Assembly (NCBI GenBank): GCA_965112635.1
Contig: OZ218778.1
Coordinates: 2,176,001 to 2,240,000, forward strand
Direction: 5' to 3'
Origin: an uncultured bacterium
GTDB lineage: Bacteria > Oederibacteriota > Oederibacteriia > Oederibacteriales > Oederibacteriaceae
Length of the DNA stretch: 64,000 nt
Below the pieces are notes generated by a model. That model ran no database searches. It was not told where the DNA came from and saw nothing but the letters and a program-made list of their open reading frames with translations. This document shows positions 43,526 to 53,000 of the stretch, piece by piece (within the stretch, counting starts at the first letter, position 1; each line of letters opens with the position of its first letter). The position numbers and the translations under genes are program-made.

Positions 43526-44572
43526 ATGAAAAAACCAGTCGCCCTGGCCATGTTGTCCGGCGGCCTGGACAGCATGCTAGCCACCAAGATCATCCAGGAG
43601 ATGGGTATCGAGGTCAAAGCTATCAACTTTTACACAGGCTTTTGCATGATCGAGCAAAAACGGAGATTGGGTCTCAAAGACAAAAAAGGCGGTTATATCC
43701 AGAACGAAAGTTTGGCAGCCGGCGCCAACCTGTCCGTCCCTGTGGACCTTGTGGACATTTCCGCGGATTATTCCGAAGCGCTCCTCAATCCTCGTCACGG
43801 GTACGGTTCGGCTATGAACCCCTGCATCGACTGCCGCATCTACATGCTCAAAAACGCCAAAAAATTGATCCAAGAGGGCCAAGCTGATTTTGTAGTCACC
43901 GGCGAGGTAATAGGACAGCGGCCTATGTCCCAGCACTTGCGTGCGCTCAATATCATTGAGGAGGAAAGCGGGCTGCAGGGATTGATCGTCCGTCCATTGT
44001 CCGCCAAAGTATTAGCTCCCACTATTCCGGAAACCAAAGGCTGGGTCAAAAGGGAACAGATGTATGCCATCAAAGGCCGTGGCCGCAAGGAGCAGATAGC
44101 CCTGGCCCAAAAGTTTGGTATTCAAAATTACCCCCAACCAGCAGGCGGTTGTTGCCTTTTGACGGACCAGAACTTTTCTGAACGGCTCAAGGACTATTTG
44201 AACAATGAGTTTATAACTGACAAAGACCTTTCCGCGGAAAAGGTCATCCTGCTCAGGACAGGAAGGCACTTTAGGATCAACAAGAACTTGAGGATCGTGG
44301 TTTCCCGCAATGAGGCTGAATCCAGGCTTTTAGAGCCCTATAAACAGCATGGCTGGGCCTATTCCATCCCGGCTGGGCCTGGACCCCTCACAATCACCTT
44401 GGGTGAGCCTTCTTCCGGCGAGCACGAGATGATCGCCAGTATAACGGCCCGTTATAGCGACCTGAGAACGCAGGCAAAGGTCGAGGTCCTTTGCTCAGGC
44501 CATGGCCGCCAGGACAAGCTGGTTGTCCAACCCTGGACTGATGAACCTCATTTGGAAAAGATGAAGATATAG
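43526..44572 (+). CDS. PP-loop tRNA thiouridylase-like protein (MnmA/ThiI-related)
   Basis: LSGGLDS, NPCIDC, TGEVIGQRPMSQ, RPLSA, PAGGCCLL, GRHFR. Confidence 0.85.
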   Translation: MKKPVALAMLSGGLDSMLATKIIQEMGIEVKAINFYTGFCMIEQKRRLGLKDKKGGYIQNESLAAGANLSVPVDLVDISADYSEALLNPRHGYGSAMNPCIDCRIYMLKNAKKLIQEGQADFVVTGEVIGQRPMSQHLRALNIIEEESGLQGLIVRPLSAKVLAPTIPETKGWVKREQMYAIKGRGRKEQIALAQKFGIQNYPQPAGGCCLLTDQNFSERLKDYLNNEFITDKDLSAEKVILLRTGRHFRINKNLRIVVSRNEAESRLLEPYKQHGWAYSIPAGPGPLTITLGEPSSGEHEMIASITARYSDLRTQAKVEVLCSGHGRQDKLVVQPWTDEPHLEKMKI

Positions 44573-44608
44573 GATTGGTTCTGCAGGTATTAGAATTGAT
44601 AGGCGAGA

Positions 44609-47600
44609 TTAGACGTTAAATGTTTGCAGGGGCATGCGTATGGTCTGGCCAGACAGGCTGTGCATGCTCAGGCGATAGTGGTAGGTTCCTGCCACGAGTT
44701 TGACAGGGCATTTCCATTCCAAACCGCTGTACTCCTTGGGATACACATTCCCCTCGATCTTATCCAGCTTATTACCTTTGAGGTCCGATATCTCAATGGT
44801 CACCAGTCCGTTCTCCAAGGCCAGGTAGTAGAACTTCACGCTGTTTTCCACGGGATGATAATAAGCAAAAATATCCCGGTTAATGTTCAGGTTGACCACG
44901 GGAGCTTCCACAAATACCTTGGATAATTTCAGTATGGGCTGATTGGGGATAGAGACCAGCAGGTCATACTCGCCTTTAAGTATTTTCCCGGAGAAATACT
45001 GGCCATTGGTGTTGGTGTTTATGGTCCGAATAAGCTGGCCTTTTTGCATCAGGTCTATCCTGGCCTGGTTCACGGGCTTGGTTCCGTACTCATCCAGCAC
45101 CCTGCCGCACACAATGGAGTATTTTTGCTTTATTTTGATGGCAACGTGGCTGGCGATCTTTCCTATGCCCTGCTGGGGGTTGTAGGAAACGATATGGAAA
45201 TACCAGTTCCCCTCGCTGATATTGTTAAAAGTTGCGTTAAAGAGCTGGGTTTTAGTGCTTTGTTCCGTGGGGATTGTTTCCGGGTTCTGGTCCAGCAGGT
45301 AATAATAGGCGTTGACCCCGTCCTTGAAGTTGGGCGCGATCCAGCTGAAGATGGGATTGTCGTTCTCGTAGCTTTCCAGGCTGTTGGGGTGGGTAGGCGA
45401 CTGGGCTTCGGGAGGCGGGGGCGTTTTGGAGATAAAAACAGGGTAATGTGCCGCGATCTCCCCGGTCAGGCCGCTGGAGGTGACCACCACCACATGGAAA
45501 TACCACTTGCCCTCCTTGACGTTGGACAGGAACAGGCTGTTTTCCAGGGTCCAGGTGCCGTCGTTGCTGGAGGGAACGGTCTTCTCGTTCTGGTCAAATT
45601 TGTAGTAGTAACCCTCGATGCCACCCACCGAGGCCGAACATCCCCATTTGAACAGGATATCGGTTTCAGCGTACCACGTATTCCGCAGCGGGTGCGTGGG
45701 AGAGAACACGATGGGCACTTTGGGCTTGTTGCTGTCGATATTGACTTTAAAGTGCGAGGTGGAGCTTAGGTTTCCGGTGATGTCTTTGGAAGCTAGGTGC
45801 AAGTACCAAGTGCCCGATTTCATGTTGGAAAGGGTCAGGTTGGTGTCCTTGGTCCACAGGGCCATGGGTGGCCGTGGGTCGGTCGAAGGAAAAGCGTCCA
45901 GGGCGTAGTAAAACCCGGTAATGCCGCCTTTGTTCTCCGGCGTGGTCCAGTTAAAAACGACCGTGTCCTCGTAGTACCATTTTTGCTGGTCCGGATGCGT
46001 GGAGGAAGTGACGGCCGGCGCCGTGGAATACTTGTCGCAAAGCGCTTTGGCCTGTTTGTTGCCCATAGTCTGCTCGTTGCCCGCCTTGTCCACGGCGTGG
46101 ATGGTGTAATAGTAGGTCTGCCCGTGCTCCAGATTGTTCGGGGAGTCCATGAACTTTTCGTCGGTCAACTTTTGGTCCTGCGAGATAAGGTCACCGGTTA
46201 GCCCCATTTCGGTGGAACGGTAGACCCTGTAGAAATGGGTGCCGCTCACCGGGTCGCTGACCTTTTCCCAGGAGAGTTCGATGTAGCCTTCAGCCAGGGA
46301 AACGGATTTGGGGTTGACCACGGGAGGCGGCGGGGTCACGTCGATGGTGGTCGTTACCAGGGCCTCGGCCTCCGGGAAATTCTCCTGGTTGCCCGCCTTG
46401 TCCCGGCCCCTGGCCCTGAAACTGTACTGGAACGCATCCATGCCGAAAAAAGTGGCCGAGGTCAGGGTGGTGTGGGTCAGCCAGTCCTGCCAGGTGCCAT
46501 TGACGCCTTCCTTGACCTGGACGTCGTAGTAGTCCACCAGCGAGAAATTGTCGTTGCTGCTCCATTGGATGGTAAAGGCCAGGGAACGCTGGAAGTTGCC
46601 CAGGGGATGCACGGTCGTGTGGGGCGCCAAAAGGTCCAGGCAGACCTTGTGGTGGCTGGCCTGGCTCAGGTTGTCCGTGTTGTCGACCGCGCAAAGGTGG
46701 AAATAATATAGGCCTTCCTTGTCCGCCCTGACCGTGGCGCTGGTGTCCGGGGTAAAGATGCCGTTCTCCTGGGTCGGCACGGTCTGGGGATGGTTGTCCA
46801 GGGAATAATAGAAACCCTTGATGCCGGACAAGTCCTCCGGCATGGTCCATTTCATCCTGATCTCCGGGTCGGAATACCAGCGGCCCTGGTCGGGATGCGA
46901 ATCCGACAGGAGGCTGGCGGACTGGCACTGGGTGTCGATATTGAACCGGAAGTGGACGACTTCGCTCTTGTTGCCCGCCTGGTCTTTGCTCACCAGGTGG
47001 AAATACCATATTCCGTCCCGCAGGGCCGTGAGCTGGATCTCGGATTTGAGGGCCCACAGGCTGGTCTCTTCCACCGGCACGGTGTCAGGATTGGAGTCCC
47101 AGCAGTAGAGGTAGCCCACCACGCTGGACAGGCTCACTGCTTCGCTCCATTTCAGGAGCGGACGGGTCTCGCTGTACCACTGGCCGGGTTCGGGGTGCGT
47201 GGGGGAGAATATCTTTGGCGGCGTGACGCTGGTGGAGATCTGGATCTTGTAGTGGAACGGCAGCTTGCTGAGGTTACCCGCGAAATCGGCGCTGGTGATG
47301 TGGAAATACCAGGTCCCCTCGCTCAGGTTGTCGAATTTGATTTCGGTCCCTTCTAGAAAATCAGCCGTGGCCGGGTCAGGCACCGTGTCTTTTTCCTGGT
47401 CCAGGCAGGTGTAGTAGCCCTTGATCCCGGATAGGTCCGGAGGGCAAAGCCAGGTCAAGACCGCTTCGGTCTGGCGGGACCAGTCGTTTTCGCTGGGATG
47501 GGTCATGGAGGTCACGGTCGGTGCTAGGGCCACGGTGTCGATATTGATCTGATAATGGGCAGGTTCGCTCACGTTATCGGCCATATCCTTGGCCGCCAGG

Positions 47601-50143
47601 TGGAAATACCAGGACCCGTCGTTCATGTCCTGAAAACTGGCGCTGGTACCCGTGGTCCAGACGCTGGTGGTGGCGTGGGGGATGGTCTGAGGGTTCTGGT
47701 CGAACGCAAAATAGTACCCCGCGATGCCGGACAGGTCCTCAGGTGCGTCCCATTCAAAGACCGACTTGGTCTCCGTGTACCAGGCCAGGTTGTCAGGGTG
47801 CGTGGGCGAATATATCTTGGGCGTATCCACGTGCGTGTCGATACGGACAGGCAGGGTCACGGCAGGGCTCACGCATCCGGCCTGGCTCTGCACCATCACA
47901 TGGAAATACCAAACGCTGTCCTCTTTCTCGCCGAAGTTGATGGTCTGGTTGTTGGTCCAGATCCCCTTGCTCGGTTTAAAATCAAAATCCTGCTGCTGGT
48001 TGAGCTGGTAGAAACAACCGCGGATGCCCGACTTGGACCTGGCCGACTGCCAGTGCACCACAGGCTGGTTATGGCTGTACCATTTCTTGGGGTCCTGATG
48101 CGTCAGAGAGCTTACCGTGGGCTGACCTACCGTCAGGTCAATGCACACGCCGTAGTGGGCGGGTTCGCTCAGGTTGTTGGCCTTGTCCTTGGCTACGACG
48201 TGCATGTGCCAGATGCCGTCCTCGATGTTCTTGAACTGGAACCCGGTCTGGGTGGTCCAGATGGAGTTCCTCTCGTCCGGGACCGTATCGCGATTCTTGT
48301 CCAGACAGAGGTAGTAGCCCTCGATCCCGGAAAGGTCGTGAGGGGTGGCCCAGGTGAACTGCGGCTGGTTGTGGCTGTACCACTCCTGCTGGTCCGGGTG
48401 TGAAGGCGAGTTGATGACCGGGATAGGCGCGACGGTGTCGACCTTGATCTGGTAGTGGCAGCAGGTGTCAGCCATGTTGCCCGAGGTGTCTTTGGGTCTT
48501 AGGTGGAAATACCAGACGCCGTCGGCGATGTCGCGGAAGATATGGTTGTTCTTTTTGGTAAAATGCGCTTCCTCCATGTCCGGGATGGTGTCCGAGAAGG
48601 CGTCCAGGATGTAGTAGTGGCCGTCGATCTCAGACGAGTTTTCCCACTGGAACATAAAGTCACGGTGGTTGGACCAGCCGTCGGCCGAGAGCAGGTTGGG
48701 GGAACTGATTTTAGGCAGGACCGGGGTCTTGGTGGTGAAACTGCCTTCCTTGACCTCCTGGAACGAGCCGCCGGTCAAGGAACTGACCAGTCTATAATGG
48801 TAGGTCGTGTTGGACTTGAGGTCCCCTAGGGCCACCGCATGCTTGTAGGTATCGGTCTGGTCCGTGACCATGCGGTCCAGCAGGCCGCTGGTACCGTACT
48901 GTACGATGGTCGGGGCAGGTTCCGTGGTGGTCCAGTTCAGAGTAGCCGAACAGGAGGTCAGCTTGGTGATCAGGGGCTCGGACATCTCCACGGGCGAGGG
49001 GCTGTCCGAAAAACCGGATTTGTAGAGCTTGCCGGAGTTTTCCGTGGCCACGTAGAGCCGGCGGCCGTAGACCGCCATGCTGCGGACCCCATCGTCGGGC
49101 AGAGTAAAGGCCGTCTCCCATTCCTCGCCGTTGCTGGTCTTGTAGACTTTGCCCTTATCGCCGGTGCCGGCGTAGAGCGTGTTGTTGAAGGAAGTGAAGC
49201 AAAAAAAGTTGATGTCCTCCGAACTGCTGAAGCACGAGCTCCAGGTTTTGCCGTTGCCGGAGCAGAAGACCGCGCCGCCGGCAACCTTGTTGCTGGTGCC
49301 GGCATAGATCTTGTCCCTGAAAACGTGGAAGGCCTGGACAAAGGACTGGTCGGTCTGCCAGACCTTTTCCCAGGTCTTGGCGTCGTAGGAGCGGTAGATG
49401 ATGCCGTTGGGATAGGTGCCGCAGAACAAGGCCCGCTCGAAGATCGCCAGGGAGCAGCAGCTGGCCTCGCTGGTCTCGAACACCACGGACCAGCTCTTGC
49501 CGTTAAATTGCAGGATCCTGCCGGGCGTGGACGAGGCCGCGTAGAGCTTGTCCCGGAAATGGCACAGGCTGTGGATGCGGTCCTGCTTGGTCTCGGCCAG
49601 GCAGTTCCAGGAAAGGCCGTCCTTGGTGGAATAAACCCTTCCGTAAGAATTGGTACCGGCAAAAAGCAGGGGAACCCCGTCCAGGGTGCCGGATTCCAGG
49701 CAATACACCTGAGGGGTCAAGTCTTCGGCGTTTTCAGGTTCCTTGGGCTTGTTTTTGCCGCTATTTTTCTGTTTCAGGGGGTTAAAGAACTGGGAAGTGG
49801 CTTGGGTCAGCAGGATGGTCTTCCAGGAACCAGGGTCACCGGTTTGGGAGAACATGACGCCATCCCTGTTGCTGCAACAGAAGATCTTGCCGTTAAATTC
49901 ACGCAGAGAATACAAGCAAGGATGGCTTGACTCTTGATAAACCACATCAAACGCCGGGGACGCGCTATTTTGCAGGAAAAGCTCGATGGCCCGGGAGATA
50001 TTTTGGAAGGCTTCTTTTTTGGTCTTGCCCTGGCTGACACAGCCGGGGAGCAGGGGGCACTCGGCGGTAAAGGTCTCTTTGTCAGTTTTTTTGATGGAAA
50101 TAGGAAAACTCTTTTTTACTTCCGCGGATGGCACGAAAAGCAT
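44609..50143 (-). CDS. 1844-aa multidomain protein: HicB-like N-terminus, beta-propeller, FN3/Ig-like repeats, carboxypeptidase-regulatory-like domain, degenerate CTD/FlgD-like C-terminus
   Basis: AGGAG RBS; FTAECPLLPGCVSQGKTKKEAFQNISRAIELFL; LYAGT...G.VY.S.DG..W repeats; 10 SPTHP..WY...W...SGI.GYYY.LD...WYFH repeats; GRVLD...TNTNGQY. Confidence 0.85.
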   Translation of the reverse strand: MLFVPSAEVKKSFPISIKKTDKETFTAECPLLPGCVSQGKTKKEAFQNISRAIELFLQNSASPAFDVVYQESSHPCLYSLREFNGKIFCCSNRDGVMFSQTGDPGSWKTILLTQATSQFFNPLKQKNSGKNKPKEPENAEDLTPQVYCLESGTLDGVPLLFAGTNSYGRVYSTKDGLSWNCLAETKQDRIHSLCHFRDKLYAASSTPGRILQFNGKSWSVVFETSEASCCSLAIFERALFCGTYPNGIIYRSYDAKTWEKVWQTDQSFVQAFHVFRDKIYAGTSNKVAGGAVFCSGNGKTWSSCFSSSEDINFFCFTSFNNTLYAGTGDKGKVYKTSNGEEWETAFTLPDDGVRSMAVYGRRLYVATENSGKLYKSGFSDSPSPVEMSEPLITKLTSCSATLNWTTTEPAPTIVQYGTSGLLDRMVTDQTDTYKHAVALGDLKSNTTYHYRLVSSLTGGSFQEVKEGSFTTKTPVLPKISSPNLLSADGWSNHRDFMFQWENSSEIDGHYYILDAFSDTIPDMEEAHFTKKNNHIFRDIADGVWYFHLRPKDTSGNMADTCCHYQIKVDTVAPIPVINSPSHPDQQEWYSHNQPQFTWATPHDLSGIEGYYLCLDKNRDTVPDERNSIWTTQTGFQFKNIEDGIWHMHVVAKDKANNLSEPAHYGVCIDLTVGQPTVSSLTHQDPKKWYSHNQPVVHWQSARSKSGIRGCFYQLNQQQDFDFKPSKGIWTNNQTINFGEKEDSVWYFHVMVQSQAGCVSPAVTLPVRIDTHVDTPKIYSPTHPDNLAWYTETKSVFEWDAPEDLSGIAGYYFAFDQNPQTIPHATTSVWTTGTSASFQDMNDGSWYFHLAAKDMADNVSEPAHYQINIDTVALAPTVTSMTHPSENDWSRQTEAVLTWLCPPDLSGIKGYYTCLDQEKDTVPDPATADFLEGTEIKFDNLSEGTWYFHITSADFAGNLSKLPFHYKIQISTSVTPPKIFSPTHPEPGQWYSETRPLLKWSEAVSLSSVVGYLYCWDSNPDTVPVEETSLWALKSEIQLTALRDGIWYFHLVSKDQAGNKSEVVHFRFNIDTQCQSASLLSDSHPDQGRWYSDPEIRMKWTMPEDLSGIKGFYYSLDNHPQTVPTQENGIFTPDTSATVRADKEGLYYFHLCAVDNTDNLSQASHHKVCLDLLAPHTTVHPLGNFQRSLAFTIQWSSNDNFSLVDYYDVQVKEGVNGTWQDWLTHTTLTSATFFGMDAFQYSFRARGRDKAGNQENFPEAEALVTTTIDVTPPPPVVNPKSVSLAEGYIELSWEKVSDPVSGTHFYRVYRSTEMGLTGDLISQDQKLTDEKFMDSPNNLEHGQTYYYTIHAVDKAGNEQTMGNKQAKALCDKYSTAPAVTSSTHPDQQKWYYEDTVVFNWTTPENKGGITGFYYALDAFPSTDPRPPMALWTKDTNLTLSNMKSGTWYLHLASKDITGNLSSTSHFKVNIDSNKPKVPIVFSPTHPLRNTWYAETDILFKWGCSASVGGIEGYYYKFDQNEKTVPSSNDGTWTLENSLFLSNVKEGKWYFHVVVVTSSGLTGEIAAHYPVFISKTPPPPEAQSPTHPNSLESYENDNPIFSWIAPNFKDGVNAYYYLLDQNPETIPTEQSTKTQLFNATFNNISEGNWYFHIVSYNPQQGIGKIASHVAIKIKQKYSIVCGRVLDEYGTKPVNQARIDLMQKGQLIRTINTNTNGQYFSGKILKGEYDLLVSIPNQPILKLSKVFVEAPVVNLNINRDIFAYYHPVENSVKFYYLALENGLVTIEISDLKGNKLDKIEGNVYPKEYSGLEWKCPVKLVAGTYHYRLSMHSLSGQTIRMPLQTFNV

Positions 50144-50181
50144 ATTGCTCCTATAAATAATTGCTTGGTTTTGAGGAACAC

Positions 50182-50210
50182 ATTTTAAAATTGTCTAGTG
50201 GTAAAGTCAA
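50182..50210 (-). promoter_or_regulatory. Sigma70-type promoter for the 1844-aa gene
   Basis: Minus strand TTGACT, 17-bp spacer, TAAAAT. Confidence 0.7.
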
Positions 50211-50234
50211 TGAATGATGAGTAATATATTAATA

Positions 50235-50250
50235 TAACCTTTAAAGGTTA
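50235..50250. promoter_or_regulatory. Perfect 16-bp palindrome (operator candidate)
   Basis: TAACCTTTAAAGGTTA in the divergent intergenic region. Confidence 0.5.
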
Positions 50251-50344
50251 AGTCATTTTTTTTCTTGATAAAAAAATATGCCATAAAAAAATTATTGACA
50301 ATCGGCCGCCAAATCACCTAGCAAACGGCTGAGAGGGAGTTGCT

Positions 50345-50968
50345 TTGAAAATATTGGTTTTAGACAGTGGGGAGCCCTTTTTCGAGAATACTTACCTGGT
50401 TTATGACCAGGATTCATTGGAGGGAGTGGTTATTGATCCAGGCTGCAGTCCTGCCAAAATACTTAAGGAGATCAAGGATAACAAGCTCAAGATCAAGTAT
50501 ATTTTGCTGACACATGGACATGCTGACCATATCGCTGGCCTGACCGGCCTGGCCCAGGAGACCAAGGCGCCGGTCCTGGTCCATGAGTTCGATGCCCCGT
50601 ATTTGGAAGACCCGGCCAAGAACCTTTCCGGGTTCATGGGAGCGCCGGTTATAGCCCCCAAGCCCCAGCAACTGCTCAGGGACGGCTCAGAGGTGAGTGT
50701 CCAGGGCATCACTTTCAGGGTCCTGCACACGCCGGGCCATACTCCGGGCAGCGTGTGCTACCTGACCCAGGCCGGTCTGTTCTCCGGCGATACTATCTTC
50801 CAAGAATCCATTGGACGCACAGACTTTCCCGGCAGTTCCTCTGATAATATTATAAGGTCCATCAAGGAAAAGATTTGGGCCTTGCCGGGATCAACGGCGA
50901 TCTATTCAGGCCACGGCGAACCGACCACTGTGAGCCACGAAAAAAAACACAACCCGTTCATCGATTAG
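50345..50968 (+). CDS. MBL-fold metallo-hydrolase (glyoxalase II-like)
   Basis: THGHADH, TPGHTPG, FSGD, GRTD, GHG. Confidence 0.93.
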   Translation: MKILVLDSGEPFFENTYLVYDQDSLEGVVIDPGCSPAKILKEIKDNKLKIKYILLTHGHADHIAGLTGLAQETKAPVLVHEFDAPYLEDPAKNLSGFMGAPVIAPKPQQLLRDGSEVSVQGITFRVLHTPGHTPGSVCYLTQAGLFSGDTIFQESIGRTDFPGSSSDNIIRSIKEKIWALPGSTAIYSGHGEPTTVSHEKKHNPFID

Positions 50969-50986
50969 CTAAGAAGGAGTGGTTCA

Positions 50987-52807
50987 TTGCCCAGCAAGAT
51001 CAAAGTTTTGCCTGACCATATTGTCAACAAGATCGCGGCAGGCGAGGTAATCGAAAGACCGGCCTCAGTCCTGAAAGAACTTATCGAGAACAGCCTGGAC
51101 GCGGGCGCTAAAAATATTTTCGTTGAGATCGCAGGGGATGGAACCAAGCTTATTAAAGTAAAAGATGATGGCTCAGGTATGACGCCTGAGGACGCTCTTT
51201 TGTGCCTGGAACGTCACGCCACCAGCAAGATCTCAGGTTTTGACGACCTGGAAAGCCTGCGCTCCTTCGGTTTCAGGGGAGAGGCCCTGCCGTCTATCAG
51301 TTCGGTTTCGCATTTTGACCTGCTGACCAAGCCCAAAGGAGTTTTGGGCTCTGCGGTCAGGGTGGTCGTGGAAGGCCACAAACCGCCCCAAAAAAGTGAA
51401 ACCTCAGGCCCTGACGGCACCACCATTGAGGTCAGGCATTTGTTCTTTAATACGCCGGCGCGCCTCAAATTCCTCAAATCCCGGTCCACCGAGATCTCCC
51501 ACCTGATGCAGGTGGTCACTTTATACAGCCTGGCCAGCCCAGAGGTGAGTTTTGAGGTCCATCTGGACGGCAAGACCAGCCTCAAGCTAGTGCCAGCCAA
51601 GAACAAAAAAGACCGTTTGGCCCAGGTGTTCGGAAAGAGTTTCTGCGACCAGCTGGTCGAGGTCGTTCCCCAGCCTGACCTGCGGTCGGACGCTGGGATG
51701 CCGGCAATCAACGGCTATATCGGAGAACCGGCTTTAACCAGGCCCAACCGCAACACCCAGTACTTTTTTGTGAACAACCGGCCTATCGAGAGCCGGGTTT
51801 TGAGCCATGCCCTTTACAGCGGATACCGGACCCTGCTCATGTCCGGCCGTTATCCCGTGGGAATCCTTTTCCTGGAGCTGGATCCGGCCTATTTTGACGT
51901 GAACGTGCATCCGGCCAAAAAAGAAGTGCGTTTCAAGGACGAGAGCGCCATTTATCGCGAGCTCAGCACATTGATCCAAAAATCACTGGCCAAAGCCAAC
52001 TATATCCCCACAATCCCCTCTGACAGCCCGTCCAGCAGCCAGGCTTTTTACGGTTCTCTGCGTTCCAGCCAGAAGTACCCAAAGGCCATAAGAACAGCTT
52101 TAACGGATAATAGCCATCTCGCTTTAAATGAACCGGTTGCTTTGTATAAAACCAGCGGAACTGGCTCGACCTCTGAACCGGAATCTCCAGCCCAGCAGGG
52201 GAGACCCAGCCAGACTGGCCTGGTTGTCCAGCAGTTCACCCGAGTGTTCGGACAGCTGCACGCTACCTACATCCTGGCTGAGAACAGCGAAGGCCTGTGG
52301 GTGATCGACCAGCACGCGGCCCACGAGCGCGTGCTCTACGAACAGGTACTGTCCAAATACAGCCAAAAGGGCCTGGCTTCGCAAAATCTGTTGCTGCCCA
52401 TCACCCTGGACCTGACCCCGAGCCAAAAAAGCATTGCCGCGGGCAACCAGGAGGTATTGGCCAAACTCGGCTTTGAGCTCTCCATGCTCGGCGGGCAGAC
52501 CTGCAGTCTGCAGGCCGTGCCGTCCATGCTCCAACAAAAGAATTTGAAGGAGTTATTCATCACTCTCTTAGAGAACATCTTAGAGAAACCCAGGCCGCCT
52601 CAAACCTCGGAATTTCTGGATCGTATGCTCTATTACATGGCCTGCCGCTCAGCAGTGATGGCCGGGGACAACCTGACGACCGAACAGATCTACGGTCTCC
52701 TGGAGGCCCTGGTCAAGACCCAGCACCCGTTCGCCTGTTCCCACGGCCGGCCGACCATGGTCAAGATCACGGTCCCTGAAATTGAAAAATGGTTCAAGAG
52801 AACTTAA
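50987..52807 (+). CDS. mutL: DNA mismatch repair protein MutL
   Basis: IAAGEVIERPASVLKELIENSLDAG, GFRGEAL, DVNVHPAK, DQHAAHER, ACR, CSHGRP. Confidence 0.98.
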   Translation: MPSKIKVLPDHIVNKIAAGEVIERPASVLKELIENSLDAGAKNIFVEIAGDGTKLIKVKDDGSGMTPEDALLCLERHATSKISGFDDLESLRSFGFRGEALPSISSVSHFDLLTKPKGVLGSAVRVVVEGHKPPQKSETSGPDGTTIEVRHLFFNTPARLKFLKSRSTEISHLMQVVTLYSLASPEVSFEVHLDGKTSLKLVPAKNKKDRLAQVFGKSFCDQLVEVVPQPDLRSDAGMPAINGYIGEPALTRPNRNTQYFFVNNRPIESRVLSHALYSGYRTLLMSGRYPVGILFLELDPAYFDVNVHPAKKEVRFKDESAIYRELSTLIQKSLAKANYIPTIPSDSPSSSQAFYGSLRSSQKYPKAIRTALTDNSHLALNEPVALYKTSGTGSTSEPESPAQQGRPSQTGLVVQQFTRVFGQLHATYILAENSEGLWVIDQHAAHERVLYEQVLSKYSQKGLASQNLLLPITLDLTPSQKSIAAGNQEVLAKLGFELSMLGGQTCSLQAVPSMLQQKNLKELFITLLENILEKPRPPQTSEFLDRMLYYMACRSAVMAGDNLTTEQIYGLLEALVKTQHPFACSHGRPTMVKITVPEIEKWFKRT

Positions 52808-52810
52808 ACA

Positions 52811-52985
52811 AGTCCAAGGTCAAAAGTCCAAAGTCCAAGGTAAGAAAAAATTCAAAGCTGAAATATCGAAAAAAGAATTATGTTGAGATTTTTAGCGCTA
52901 TACTTTAAATGTTTACGGCATAGTTAATGTGCTATGGATTGAGTTTGTATTTTAACTTTGGACTTTGGACCTGAGACCTCGGACT
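52811..52985. repeat. Heptamer-array inverted-repeat element (RGTCCAA x4 ... TTGGACY-like x4)
   Basis: AGTCCAA GGTCAAA AGTCCAA AGTCCAA at 52811-52838; TTGGACT TTGGACC TGAGACC TCGGACT at 52958-52985. Confidence 0.75.
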
Positions 52986-53000
52986 GTATTTAGGAGCGAT

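Noticed and set aside
44624-49930. Long + strand and alternate-frame ORFs (e.g. 45044..45769, 47555..48403, 48839..49930, 46290..47057)
   Set aside because: Shadows of the GC-rich 1844-aa gene; no recognisable motifs.
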